In this document: positions 8,926-18,959 of the stretch, piece by piece | Numbering within the stretch: position 1 is the first letter of the stretch | How the letters are laid out: each line of letters begins with the position of its first letter | Program-made: the position numbers and the translations under genes | The notes under the pieces: model-generated | The model's database searches: none | What the model was told of the DNA's origin: nothing | What the model saw: the letters and a program-made list of their open reading frames with translations, nothing else | Assembly (NCBI GenBank): GCA_965261965.1 | Contig: OZ253489.1 | Span: forward strand, 2,459,618 to 2,523,617 | Origin: Dehalococcoidia bacterium | Lineage (GTDB): Bacteria; Chloroflexota; Dehalococcoidia; Lucifugimonadales; JAGWBF01 | Reading direction: 5' to 3' | DNA: 64,000 nucleotides

Positions 8926-10413
8926 ATGATTCGCAGGAAACTCAAGAAGCTGGCGACGAAGACGTTCTTGGTGGGGGCGCTCCTGGGGGCCATGCTCTCC
9001 GCGGCGCTAATCATCGGGTGCACGGACAACACGGGACCCAAAGACGGCCGCGAGGCTGACCGCACCACGGTAGGTCAGAGCATCTCCGAGGGAGGGGGCG
9101 GCAAATCCGGAGGTGAGCACAGCGGAGGTGAAGGCAGCGAGTCCGGCGGAGAGGGTGCTGAAGGCAGCGGTGAGAGTGGTGGCGAATCCAGCGGCGCAGG
9201 CAGCGAAGAAACCAGCGCCAATATGCTGGCGCCGGATGAGACATTCGACGCGGCTCGCGGCGGCGCCCGGCTGACGATGAGCTACGACGCACCAAGCAAC
9301 TCCTTCAAGGGCGCCGTGGAGAACACGACCAACGGCGTCCTTGACCGGGTCAGGATCGAAGTGCACCTCTCCAACGGAGCGGAGCTGGGTCCGACGACAC
9401 CGCAGGCCCTCGCCCCCGGCGAGGTGGTGGCGATCACCCTCCCAGCGACGCAGGCGTCGTTCACTGGATGGGTGGCCCATGCCGAGGTTGGTTTCGTTAG
9501 CGAGGAGAGCGGCTCCGCTCGCGAGTCCGCCGGCGAACGCGGCGGCAGTGGCGGCGAGGCCGGCAGCGGCGGAAGCGCAGAGATCGGCGAAGCCGCCATG
9601 TCCAGCCCGATCATTCAGATCGGAGAGTCCTGGAACGGTGTCCTAGGCTGGCTGGCCGCTTCCATGCAGTACGACGCAGCGACCCAGACCGTCCACGGGA
9701 TGGTGCGAAACACGCACTCGCGGAAGCTCTGCTACGTGCAGGCCGAACCCCACCTGAAGTCGGGATCGACGACGGTTGGGGAGCTTGGCCCCGAGAAACT
9801 GGGAGACCTGATCCCCGGACAGGAAGCGACGACCAGGCTGTCGGTCGCCGGTGAACCGGGACTTGCCGGGGTTTCGTACGATGGGTACGTCATTCACCTG
9901 GAGGTGTTCGATTGTGCCGGCCCTGGGCCTGTGCCCCACACGGGTGGAGAAGGCAGTGAACAGGGTTCCGGTGAGAGTGGTGCAGAATCCGGTAGCGAGT
10001 CTGGCGCAAGAGGCGAAGAGTCCGGCGCCAACATGCTGGCGCCGGACGAGACCTTCGATGCCGTTCGCGGCGGCACCCGGCTCGTCATGAGCTACGATGC
10101 TGCAAGCAACTCCTTCAAAGGCGCCGTGGAGAACACGACCAGCGGCGTCCTTGACCGGGTCAGGATTGAAGTGCACCTCTCCAACGGAGCGGAGCTGGGT
10201 CCGACGACACCGCAGGCCCTCGCCCCCGGCGAGGTGGTGGCGATCACCCTCCCAGCGACGCAGGAGTCGTTCACCGGATGGGTGGCCCATGCCGAGGTTG
10301 GTTCCGCTAGCGAGGAGAGAGGCTCCGGCGGTGAGCCCGGTTGTGAGCAAGACGGCAGCGATGAGTCCGGCGGCGAACACGGTAGCGGCGGCGAGCGGCG
10401 GGGTTGTGGCTAG
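8926..10413 (+). CDS. lipoprotein with three homologous domains and acidic Gly/Ser/Glu linkers
   Basis: ATG at 8926 follows GAAGGAAG. Lipobox is LIIGC. Two near-identical ~90-aa domains (nt ~9216-9515 and ~10027-10326) flank a diverged third copy. The ORF-track start at 8887 is probably too early. Confidence 0.7.
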   Translation: MIRRKLKKLATKTFLVGALLGAMLSAALIIGCTDNTGPKDGREADRTTVGQSISEGGGGKSGGEHSGGEGSESGGEGAEGSGESGGESSGAGSEETSANMLAPDETFDAARGGARLTMSYDAPSNSFKGAVENTTNGVLDRVRIEVHLSNGAELGPTTPQALAPGEVVAITLPATQASFTGWVAHAEVGFVSEESGSARESAGERGGSGGEAGSGGSAEIGEAAMSSPIIQIGESWNGVLGWLAASMQYDAATQTVHGMVRNTHSRKLCYVQAEPHLKSGSTTVGELGPEKLGDLIPGQEATTRLSVAGEPGLAGVSYDGYVIHLEVFDCAGPGPVPHTGGEGSEQGSGESGAESGSESGARGEESGANMLAPDETFDAVRGGTRLVMSYDAASNSFKGAVENTTSGVLDRVRIEVHLSNGAELGPTTPQALAPGEVVAITLPATQESFTGWVAHAEVGSASEERGSGGEPGCEQDGSDESGGEHGSGGERRGCG

Positions 10414-10547
10414 AGCCGGCCGGAATCGACCGAAGGGAGATATCGAAACTTGGCTCCAGGTGAGACAATTCGACCACGAGCCCTGGTGGACAGGAGGCGG
10501 CGCTAACGTGGCGCCGCATCCTGAGATAGCTCTTTAGAGGGCAGGCG

Positions 10548-11225
10548 ATGAGCGGCACGGTATTGATAATCGAAGACGATTCGAGGATCGCGAACTGGGT
10601 CAAGGTGTACTTCGAGCGCGCTGGATTCTCCGCCGAGGTTGCCCATGACGGCGAGTCCGGTCTGGCCCTGGCCCGCAATCTGGCTCCGGGCCTGATAATC
10701 CTCGACCTGATGCTTCCCCGTCTTGATGGCGTGGACCTGTGCAGAATCCTGCGCCGTGAGTCGGACGTTCCAATCATCATGGTGACGGCCAGAGAAGCCC
10801 ACGTCGAGCGAGTCATCGGGCTGGACAGCGGAGCAGACGACTACATCGTCAAGCCCTTCGACCCGGAGGAGCTCATTGCGCGGGCCCAAGCCGTGCTTCG
10901 CCGCGTCAAGGAAAGGGTACAGCGGGTCCTGACGCACGGGGGCATCACGCTGAATGAGACCACCCGGAGCGTGACGGTCGATGGAGAACCCGCAGACTTG
11001 AGCCAGACGCAGATCGCCCTGCTGTCGACGTTCATGCGTCATCCCAACCAGGTGCTCACCCGCGACCAGTTGATCTCATTGAGCTTCAACGATGAATTCG
11101 AGGGGTCCGACCGCGCCATCGACAGCCAGGTCGCCCGCCTGCGAAGGCAGATCAGCCGGGACTGCAGCCAGCCAATTCAGACCGTCTACGGGGCTGGCTA
11201 CAGGTTCGTGGTGGAGAACGAGTGA
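10548..11225 (+). CDS. OmpR-family response regulator
   Basis: 225 aa. It has a receiver domain (IIEDD...ILDLMLP...DDYIVKPF) and a winged-helix Trans_reg_C domain (YGAGYRF). Confidence 0.9.
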   Translation: MSGTVLIIEDDSRIANWVKVYFERAGFSAEVAHDGESGLALARNLAPGLIILDLMLPRLDGVDLCRILRRESDVPIIMVTAREAHVERVIGLDSGADDYIVKPFDPEELIARAQAVLRRVKERVQRVLTHGGITLNETTRSVTVDGEPADLSQTQIALLSTFMRHPNQVLTRDQLISLSFNDEFEGSDRAIDSQVARLRRQISRDCSQPIQTVYGAGYRFVVENE

Positions 11226-12652
11226 TGTCGCTACGCTGGCGAATCATGGGGACGATGGTCCTTCTCATCGTTCTCACCGTGCTGATCAACGTCGGCGTGG
11301 GCTACTACGCCACCCAGTCCCGCCTGGGCGTGTTCGTGGACGAGATAGGCGTTGACGAGGCGGACCGGTTGGCTCGGAGTCTGAGCCGGGAGTACACCGC
11401 GACCGGTGGCTGGGAAACGGTGGACAGACTGCTGTCCGAGGCCGGATACATCTACGACGGAGTCCCGCAGAGGAAGCGGCACGAAGGAGGCGAGGGAGAG
11501 TCCTCGGATCTCTTTCACGATGACCCGGTACGAGTCGTTATCATCGGCGTTGATGGACGTGTGTTGAAGGACAACCTGTCCGAGCTGCTACCCGGGACTG
11601 CCGCGACCAACCTGGACGGGCATCGCGAGACGGTGCTCGATCTGAGCACGGACCAGCCCGTGGGCCACATCTATGTGGACGTGAACCGTGAGTTCCTGTC
11701 GGCCGAGTCGCATGGATTTCTGCGCACGCTCCTCTACACCACCCTGATCGGCGGAGTCCTGACAGTTGGTGTTACGATGCTGCTGGCCCCATGGCTGTCC
11801 AAACGGATCGCAGCGCCGGTGACGGCCTTGACGAAGGCGACCCAGGCAATTGCCCGGGGAGACTCGACCCGGCTGCCAGTCACATCCTCGGATGAGCTGG
11901 GACGGATGAGCGAAGCCTTTAACCAGATGGCCTCTGCCTTGGAAACCCAACGCGACCTCCGCAGGCGGCTGGTAAACGATGTCTCCCATGAGCTGAATAC
12001 GCCGCTGAGCGTGATACGACTGGAGGCGAGAGGGTTGCGCGATGGACTTCAGACGCCTGGGAGCTCCTCCGACCACATCATCAAGGAACTGGACAGGTTG
12101 CGTGGTCTCGTAACCGATCTGGACTGGTTAGCGGAGACCGACCATGGTGATTCTAGGCTCGCACTCGAAACGATTTCGGTTTACGAACTGCTCTCCTCAG
12201 AGGTGGACCGCTGGCAGCCACAATCTCAGTCTCGACAGATTAAATTGTCGCTTCAGGCATCCAATGACCTCCCGGAATTGAATCTCGACCGGATGCGCAT
12301 GAGCCAGGCATTGGGGAACGTCCTGAGGAACTCCCTTCTTTGTACCGAGGCCGGCGGGAGTATCGTGCTCAGGGCGGGGTTGCAGAGCGACGGCGTGTTG
12401 GCTATCTCGATCATTGATGACGGGATTGGCATTCACGCCGCGGACCTTCCCCACGTCTTTGACCGCTCCTACCGCACCGATCAGTCCCGTAGTCGCGGGA
12501 TAGGCGGCACGGGTCTGGGATTGGCCATCACCCGGGATATGGTCGAGGCGCACGGGGGCACAATAACCGTAGCAACCGACGGGCCTGGACGGGGTGTCAC
12601 CGTGACTATTCGCCTTCCGCGAAGCAGCAAGGATAATCCTTCTCCGCTTTGA
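11222..12652 (+). CDS. sensor histidine kinase (2 TM, HAMP, HisKA, HATPase_c)
   Basis: 476 aa. The H-box is VSHELNTPL and the G-boxes are DDGIGI and GGTGLGLAI. Its start overlaps the response-regulator stop (GTGATG). Confidence 0.9.
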   Translation: MMSLRWRIMGTMVLLIVLTVLINVGVGYYATQSRLGVFVDEIGVDEADRLARSLSREYTATGGWETVDRLLSEAGYIYDGVPQRKRHEGGEGESSDLFHDDPVRVVIIGVDGRVLKDNLSELLPGTAATNLDGHRETVLDLSTDQPVGHIYVDVNREFLSAESHGFLRTLLYTTLIGGVLTVGVTMLLAPWLSKRIAAPVTALTKATQAIARGDSTRLPVTSSDELGRMSEAFNQMASALETQRDLRRRLVNDVSHELNTPLSVIRLEARGLRDGLQTPGSSSDHIIKELDRLRGLVTDLDWLAETDHGDSRLALETISVYELLSSEVDRWQPQSQSRQIKLSLQASNDLPELNLDRMRMSQALGNVLRNSLLCTEAGGSIVLRAGLQSDGVLAISIIDDGIGIHAADLPHVFDRSYRTDQSRSRGIGGTGLGLAITRDMVEAHGGTITVATDGPGRGVTVTIRLPRSSKDNPSPL

Positions 12653-12904
12653 ACTCCGGCGTAACAACAGCGACGACAGCGTGCGAGGAGCTATGGATAG
12701 AGAACACGCAGGCCGAACATGGTGGGCCTAAGGAGACTGTACCACAAATTTTTCGGTGGGAGGTCTCCCTGTAGGTTTCCCACGGCGCGGCTCTGTGCGT
12801 CTCGTACTCGCTTAGAGCCGTAAAGCTGTCCCACGGCGGCGTGAGGCGATAGTCCAGTCTCTTGCAAATTGCCAAGAGGAGCACGCCAACCTGTACTACC
12901 GATT

Positions 12905-14551
12905 TTAGACCGACCTCCGACGCAACCGGAATGTCATGAACGCCACAACGACCAGGACCGCTAGTCCGGCAACAGCGGCGCTACTAGCCATAATCCATAA
13001 AGAGACCCTCCCGGTTCGTGCGTCGGTAACTTGGAATTCAATCCCCAAAGGCATAACTTCGTTAGACGCGACATCGCCCGCCGTGGTAACCACCCCCGCT
13101 TGCCCGCTAACAATGGCAGGATCAACGGCCCCCTCATTCTGGCCGTTGATGCCACCCTCGCCTTGTTGGATGCTCGCACCTTCCACAGACCCAGACATCG
13201 TGCCCAACTCGTTGGTCTCCAAAGCAGTGTTCGGAACAGGTCTATCAGACACCACTGGGTCGGCCTGCTGCGCATCGTCCGGAAGGGCGATGACGGCGCC
13301 GAATAACTTACGAGGGTCATCGCGGAGACGAACTACGACCCCCACGGCATCTGCTGGAATACCTAGTTGCGGCAGTAGAGTGGGCAGTGCGGCAGCAATT
13401 CGGTGGTGATCGGGCCCACTTAGCTCAATCGTCGGGCGAAGGTCGCGGCCTTGTTTGTGCTCTTCCGCAGGCCCCAGACCTTCTACTGGCCAGAGGCGGT
13501 CAGGGTCGCCAAATCCATCTCGGTTGCTGAAAACGGCGGCCCTTTCCAGGCCAATTGTGTTCCCTGACGACACTGTGAACCGGGAGAGGATCGTAGCCCA
13601 CCGCCACAGGTCTGCATAGTCGTACTCAACGGGAAGCACTACTACTTCCTGTCCTTCCCAGTAACCAATTGTTAGGCGAGCCTTTAATGCATCCAACTTT
13701 GTCTCGTTATCCGACTCCTTTGCAAAGAGGTGAACCTTCCCAACCATTTCACCATCTTCATTCTCATACCCCACTGACCAAAACCCGGCAACTCCACTTT
13801 CAGGGAACATGGTCCACATAGTGCAAAAGCCGCTGTAGACATCCACCGACGGGGGTTCGAAGCATTCATCACGGTCAAGCCGTGGGAAGTTCGTCAGGTC
13901 CACGTCCGAGATGTCAAACTTGTGCGGCTCCGCAGCCCCAGACGGTCTTGCCACCGGCCACAGCTGCTCCCAGGACGCCCAACTGGGCCAGGAGCGCCGC
14001 GACTCCGCTCCGCCAGTCCACAACGTAGCGCCGATGTATGAACTTGGCCAAGGAAGGTCCACCTTGTTTAGGCCGGGATGAGACCTGAACGTAAACGGCA
14101 AATTCAGAAGGCAATCCCGGTAGGTGTCCCCGGCTCCAGCTCTTTGACATTCCTCATATATCGGATTACGGGGAGCTAGATTGGGCCAGTTGTCATAGAA
14201 TTCAGTTGCCTTCCGCTTCAAGAAGGCCGCCGTCTTATCGCTGATGCCGTCCGTTTGGCGCAAGAAGATATAGAGGTTGCCTACTACGTTGTACATCGCC
14301 TCGACGCTGAGCAAGCCTTCCGCTTCAGCTTGCTCTAGTAGGTAGCAGTGCAGCGGCTCTCCCGACAGCGCGCCGCCAAAGCAGTCGCCCAGAGGAGGCT
14401 CTGCGCCGGCCCCCTCGGTCTGAGGCTCGGGGGTCTGAGCTTGCGCTTGGACAGGCAAAGCCAGATATGACATCCCTAGGGCCAAGGCGCCGAACAGCAC
14501 TATAGCCCCAATGTACTTTCGGAGCCAGGCTTGGCGCGTTTGGCAGTTCAT
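12905..14551 (-). CDS. hypothetical exported protein with C-terminal TM anchor
   Basis: 548 aa with an N-terminal signal peptide (LALPVQAQAQ) and a C-terminal hydrophobic helix followed by RLRRRS. No family recognised. Confidence 0.55.
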   Translation of the reverse strand: MNCQTRQAWLRKYIGAIVLFGALALGMSYLALPVQAQAQTPEPQTEGAGAEPPLGDCFGGALSGEPLHCYLLEQAEAEGLLSVEAMYNVVGNLYIFLRQTDGISDKTAAFLKRKATEFYDNWPNLAPRNPIYEECQRAGAGDTYRDCLLNLPFTFRSHPGLNKVDLPWPSSYIGATLWTGGAESRRSWPSWASWEQLWPVARPSGAAEPHKFDISDVDLTNFPRLDRDECFEPPSVDVYSGFCTMWTMFPESGVAGFWSVGYENEDGEMVGKVHLFAKESDNETKLDALKARLTIGYWEGQEVVVLPVEYDYADLWRWATILSRFTVSSGNTIGLERAAVFSNRDGFGDPDRLWPVEGLGPAEEHKQGRDLRPTIELSGPDHHRIAAALPTLLPQLGIPADAVGVVVRLRDDPRKLFGAVIALPDDAQQADPVVSDRPVPNTALETNELGTMSGSVEGASIQQGEGGINGQNEGAVDPAIVSGQAGVVTTAGDVASNEVMPLGIEFQVTDARTGRVSLWIMASSAAVAGLAVLVVVAFMTFRLRRRSV

Positions 14552-14697
14552 TGTGTACCCTCCCCTTCGAGAATCGGACCGGTAGCGCTACTCGTACCCT
14601 GAGCGTCCGATTGCCCGGATGCGCCGCCGGCGTGAGGGGCTGTAGGCGCTTCTTCATGCTGTCCTCTTAATCTGGCATGTGGTCGCCGTTTTCGATT

Positions 14698-15102
14698 TCA
14701 ACCCCCCGTCACACGGACCCAAACAATCCCGTCAACGTGTTCAAAGTGCCCATCGGACGAAACGAGATCGGCGCCCGTTTCCATCGCGTGAGCCGCAATC
14801 CAGACGTCGTTTGTCGGAATTGGCCGCCCTTTGGCCTTCAACGCTGTCATTACCCGTGCATAACGGTCCGCAGTCACTGGCCCCACAGGAACGAAGGACA
14901 CGTAGGGACGTTCGAGGAAGGAGCGAAGTTCCGCAAGGTTCTGCTCGAAGTGCGCTCCCTGCCGGAAGCCGAATAGCTGCTCACCTACCACAACAGCCGA
15001 GAACAGCACCTCCTCAGCAGCCTGTATCAGGTCTCTCACCTCATGGTTGCCCCGCATGAACGCGGAGTAGGCGTTGGAGTCCAGCAGAATCCTCATGTCC
15101 AC
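14698..15102 (-). CDS. vapC: PIN-domain toxin VapC
   Basis: 134 aa. It shows the PIN acidic pattern (ILLDSNA...E...ND.WIAA...L.S.D.HF) and overlaps the upstream antitoxin gene by 10 nt. Confidence 0.85.
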   Translation of the reverse strand: MDMRILLDSNAYSAFMRGNHEVRDLIQAAEEVLFSAVVVGEQLFGFRQGAHFEQNLAELRSFLERPYVSFVPVGPVTADRYARVMTALKAKGRPIPTNDVWIAAHAMETGADLVSSDGHFEHVDGIVWVRVTGG

Positions 15103-15356
15103 GCAGACTCGTCCACAGTCTCGAAGACCTCAAGGGCAGCATCGAAACTCTCTGCCTCATCTCGGCTCCATACGCCGAACAGGTCGTCTAACGAAGGCCC
15201 TATCGCGTTCGGATTCCCCTTGCTGTCCGTTATCCCGGCGCCCTTCCTGAGCAGCCTCAACGCAGCCTGATTCAGGGAGATTCCCTCCTGCTTTGCGAGA
15301 CGACGCATAATGGAGCTGAGTTCGTCGTCGAATCCCCTGACCGTAAGTTGGTTCAT
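15093..15356 (-). CDS. vapB: VapB-type antitoxin (FitA/RHH-like)
   Basis: I prefer the start at 15356 (MNQLTVRGFDDEL...), which is preceded by AAGGGAG. The ORF-track start at 15416 lacks an SD. Confidence 0.7.
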   Translation of the reverse strand: MNQLTVRGFDDELSSIMRRLAKQEGISLNQAALRLLRKGAGITDSKGNPNAIGPSLDDLFGVWSRDEAESFDAALEVFETVDESAWT

Positions 15357-15449
15357 GTTGTGCTGCTCCCTTTCTGAGTCATAAATAGAGGCTCTACGAG
15401 TCATTTTATTGGTCACTCACGCGCGAGTCAAGACCGGCTGGTCAATCTC

Positions 15450-15878
15450 CTACGTGGCCAGACGCCACGCGACCAGAACGCTGACGGCCAGCAGGACGAC
15501 CAGCCCGGCTACGGCCCAACCCAGCCGGAGAGCCACTCGTCTCGTCCTTCCGTGCGCGGCCCGCTCCTTCCGAGACGCCTCCTCCAGTTCCTCGTATGAG
15601 TCTCTGCCTGCGGAGGCGGCTTCCCTGGCCTCGTCTCGTTCCCGCTCCAATTCGCGCACGGTCCTCTCAAGCTCGTCCTCCCTGATGATGGCTTGGCGCA
15701 GCAGCTCGTCATCGCTCAGGCACTCCGGCCCGTGCATCCGCACGTAGACCCGGCGGCCCTCCCTGACCACCTCGACCTCTCCCTTCCTGATCCTCCGGTC
15801 GAGGGTGGACAGGGAAACCTCCAGCTCGCGGGCCGCCTCCGCTTTCGAGACCCAACGGCCAAGCTCCGGTACTGCCAT
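15450..15878 (-). CDS. excisionase/MerR-like HTH protein with coiled coil and C-terminal TM helix
   Basis: The HTH is VSKAEAARELEVSLSTLDRRIRKGEV. It is followed by a Glu/Arg coiled coil and the helix LGWAVAGLVVLLAVSVLVAW. An internal Met at 15878 is taken as the start. Confidence 0.55.
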   Translation of the reverse strand: MAVPELGRWVSKAEAARELEVSLSTLDRRIRKGEVEVVREGRRVYVRMHGPECLSDDELLRQAIIREDELERTVRELERERDEAREAASAGRDSYEELEEASRKERAAHGRTRRVALRLGWAVAGLVVLLAVSVLVAWRLAT

Positions 15879-16584
15879 GTGCAAACCCTGACCGGTCAGG
15901 CGACGTGTCAGCCCCGTTTCGTAGCTAAAACAGGGTGATTTGGGACTCGAACCGTGGTACGGCGGTTCCGGAAATCGCGCCAGCGCCCGCAACTTGCAAC
16001 CCCCTACAGGACGATGACGCATCCGGTGGTAGAGTGAGTCCCAGCTGTAGGCACTCAGCTCGGACAGCGCCAGTCGTGGGGATTCCGGCTCCCAGACGCC
16101 GAGCCAGCCGGCCAGGCGCTCGCGGGGGATCATCGGGTGGTCGGTCACGAGGTCGATCGTCCGCTTCTCCGACGGGCTGATGCCGAAGGCCGGCGCAGCC
16201 TGCGCCATCCGCTCAGGATCGGGTATTGATGCCCGCTTCCGGCTCGGCGACTGTGTGCGAAGCGCTCCGCCTGGGCTGCCGTGAGAGCTCACGGTCTCCA
16301 GCGAGCGGTATGAACCGTCGAACAAAAACGAGGTCTGCCGCCGGGCGCGATAGGCCCATCGTTCCAGCGCGTCGAGCCGAATTCATGGCCGAGGAGCCGG
16401 TCAAGCCCAAGGGCCGCAGGGCGACCCAGAATTGAGTAGTTGCAGGCGTATTCCATGCTGTCAATCGCATGCGCAAGGCCCTCAAGACGCGTCATTAAGA
16501 GTTCGGCACTCCTTGACAACCGATGCGGCTCCTGTGGACAATCTACAGTGGGCATTGCTACACTGCTACACACGGAGCGCGTGA

Positions 16585-17409
16585 ATGACAACTCATCAGA
16601 CATCGGCAACCCCCGACTACACAATGGGCTTCAGCGATGAGATGCTGGAGTCTATCAGGCGGTACACAGCGGAGTCCAACGCTGCCTATCTGCTCCCGTA
16701 CCTGAGGCCCGGCCTTCGCGTTCTCGACTTCGGCTGCGGGCTGGGCACTATATCGGTGGGGCTGGCCAAGGCCGTGGCCCCCGGCGAGCTGCACGGCGTG
16801 GACATGGAAGAATCGCAGATCGATCTGGCGATGGCGGTCGCCAAGGCGAATGGACTGGACAACGCGATATTCCACGTTGGCGACATCACGGACATGCCCT
16901 TCGAGGACGGCTTCTTCGACGTCGCCCACGGCCACAACGTCCTAATGCACATCCCGGACACCGGAGCCGTGCTGGCCGAGGTGAAGCGGGTCCTGAAGCC
17001 CGGCGGCATCATCGCCTGCCGGGAGATGATAAGCGGGTCGAGCTTCACGCACCCCGACTTCGGCGTCATCAGGAGCGCCTGGGACATGTTCGAGGACCTC
17101 CTGGCGGCCGATGAAGGCCATCCGCAGATGGGGAAGGAACTGAAGACGCATATAGTCGATGCAGGGTTCACAAACGGCAAGATAACCGCCTCGTTCGACA
17201 TCTACAACGCGCCTGCGGACGTTGCGTTCATCTACGAGTTCGCCCAAAAGTGGTTTCTGGCGCCGGAGATCACGGAGGCGGCCGTAAAGTACGGGGCCGC
17301 CACCCAGGAGCTGTGCAACGCCATTTCCGACGCCTACGACAGGTGGAAGGACCATCCGGGGGCCTTTTGCGGCGTGGCGTTCGGCGGGGCCGTAGCCGGC
17401 CGGCCGTAA
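16585..17409 (+). CDS. class I SAM-dependent methyltransferase
   Basis: 274 aa. Motif I is VLDFGCGLG, the post-I acidic residue is in HGVDMEE, and the Methyltransf_11-like core is DVAHGHNVLMHIPD...LKPGG. Confidence 0.85.
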   Translation: MTTHQTSATPDYTMGFSDEMLESIRRYTAESNAAYLLPYLRPGLRVLDFGCGLGTISVGLAKAVAPGELHGVDMEESQIDLAMAVAKANGLDNAIFHVGDITDMPFEDGFFDVAHGHNVLMHIPDTGAVLAEVKRVLKPGGIIACREMISGSSFTHPDFGVIRSAWDMFEDLLAADEGHPQMGKELKTHIVDAGFTNGKITASFDIYNAPADVAFIYEFAQKWFLAPEITEAAVKYGAATQELCNAISDAYDRWKDHPGAFCGVAFGGAVAGRP

Positions 17410-17660
17410 GTCCGAAGCCTCAACCGGGCCGTCAAACCCGGCGCTCCGGCCTCCCGCCACAACCTGGGCGCCGTCCCCTCCCCCGAACGGGTATTCTCAA
17501 CGCGTGTCGGTAATGCCAACGTGGGTTGGAGTGCCACGCAGTCTTCACGCCCACGCCCTGCGACAAGCTCAGGACGGACGGAAAGAGGGGCCCGCTCATG
17601 GCAAACCAAGTCCCCTGCCCGTTCATGGTGAGCCTGTCGAACCATATGAGCGGGGACAAC

Positions 17661-17708
17661 CGCGGCTTCCGTAGAGGCGGTTCGCGGACCGCCTCTACGG
17701 AAGCCGCG
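17661..17708. repeat. perfect 21-bp-stem palindrome in a convergent intergenic region (REP-like or bidirectional terminator)
   Basis: CGCGGCTTCCGTAGAGGCGGT - TCGCGG - ACCGCCTCTACGGAAGCCGCG, read directly. It lies between the ends of the methyltransferase (+) and marR (-) genes. Confidence 0.6.
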
Positions 17709-17777
17709 CCCAGACGCAGGAATGACAAACAGCGCGCCTTTTCTGATATGACGCGAGGGGTTACGCAAAGGTCTGGG

Positions 17778-18257
17778 CTACTCAGAGGCATCTAAAGTGG
17801 CAGCGTGGTTGGCGATTATCCTGGCGGTGACGGACATGAAGACGCGCATCTCATCCTCGCCAATGCCCTCCGTGAGCATGGCGTCGTAGCGCTTCATGTT
17901 CTGGAGGACCAGGGAAGTCAGATCCCTCCCCTCATCGGACAGCCGGAGCATCACAATGCGCCGGTCGTCGCGCAGGCGCCGCCTGCGCAGCAGGCCCTTG
18001 TCGACCAGCCCGGTGACTATGCGGCTTATGCGGGCGCCGTCCACCGGCAGGACCTGCGCCATCTGGGTGGCCGTGCATTCCTTCTCCAGGCAGATCCTGA
18101 GGAGGCTGAACTCCATGGGGGTGAGGCCGTAGGGGGCCACCTCTTTCGCCATTCCCTTATCCACCGCGTTCACCAAGCCGGCCACACATGCTTCCAGGTC
18201 AGCCGGCAGGTCTTCGGTCCAATGGTCAGGACAGTCTCGTGATTCCGTTTGCCTCAC
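17778..18257 (-). CDS. MarR-family transcriptional regulator
   Basis: 159 aa with a winged-HTH signature: LTPMEFSLLRIC...ATQMAQVLPVDGARISRIVTGLVDKGLLRRRRLRDDRRIVMLRLSDEG. Confidence 0.85.
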   Translation of the reverse strand: MRQTESRDCPDHWTEDLPADLEACVAGLVNAVDKGMAKEVAPYGLTPMEFSLLRICLEKECTATQMAQVLPVDGARISRIVTGLVDKGLLRRRRLRDDRRIVMLRLSDEGRDLTSLVLQNMKRYDAMLTEGIGEDEMRVFMSVTARIIANHAATLDASE

Positions 18258-18377
18258 TCCTCAACTAGCTCCAATGGGGTTTAGCCACAACTCAATGCGC
18301 TCCCCGGTTTCCCGCTCCAGCGCATGTGACCAATCTCGTACTCAGGCGCGCGCATAGCTGGGCATAGTCCTCTTTAA

Positions 18378-18392
18378 CTTGCCATTGACAAG
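18378..18392. promoter_or_regulatory. candidate MarR operator palindrome within an AT-rich divergent promoter region
   Basis: CTTGCCATTGACAAG is an imperfect dyad (6/7 per half-site). Three TTGACAAG/CTGACAAG boxes occur between 18385 and 18500, in the only strongly AT-rich patch nearby. Confidence 0.3.
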
Positions 18393-18570
18393 CAGCATAC
18401 CATACATTTATTATTTTCATCAATTATTGCTATTGACAAGAGATATTATTTGCATATATTGTACTCAACCAGTGGTTGCTGCTGACAAGATATAGGGCAT
18501 ACAGGCATTGTATCGCGCAGCCCGCGTGTCTTGCAATCACGCATTCATCACTGACGGAGACCGCGCATAG

Positions 18571-18885
18571 AGCCTGGCGAATACGGCAGAAGCGGCAACG
18601 GCCACGCAGGGCCGCAGCGCCCGAACGGCGGAGGCGCCTGCGGACCTGGGCCATCTGATCAACAGCCTGACGGCCGCAGCAGCCGAGGCCAGCCTCTCGA
18701 GCCTCGTGGAACACGACCTCTCGCCGTTGGAGTATGGGGTCCTTGACAGCTGCCACAGGGGAGAGGCGAACACGGTGACTGAGCTGGCCCGCGCCTTTCC
18801 GGTGGACGCTTCGGTGATGAGCCGTCAGGTTAGCAAGCTGGTGGACAGGGGACTGATGAGCAGGAAGCGCCGGTCGCATATTCTA
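18571..18885 (+). pseudogene. truncated marR paralogue
   Basis: The frame reads ...LSPLEYGVLDSC...TVTELARAFPVDASVMSRQVSKLVDRGLMSRKRR, then loses MarR similarity where the REP-like repeats begin. No ATG follows the upstream stop at 18568. Confidence 0.6.
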
Positions 18886-18959
18886 CACCGCGCCTGTCCG
18901 GCCTCACAAGCCGGTCGATGCGCAGGGCCTTTTCATTTTCCCCTTGCCATCGATTCCCA

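Noticed and set aside
15931-16010. Possible tRNA or tRNA remnant on the minus strand (GGTTCGAGTCCC). A similar GGTTCGAACCC lies at ~59293.
   Set aside because: The flanking bases cannot form a T-stem or acceptor stem, since only 2 of 5 T-stem pairs are possible. No cloverleaf could be built by eye. tRNAscan-SE would settle it.
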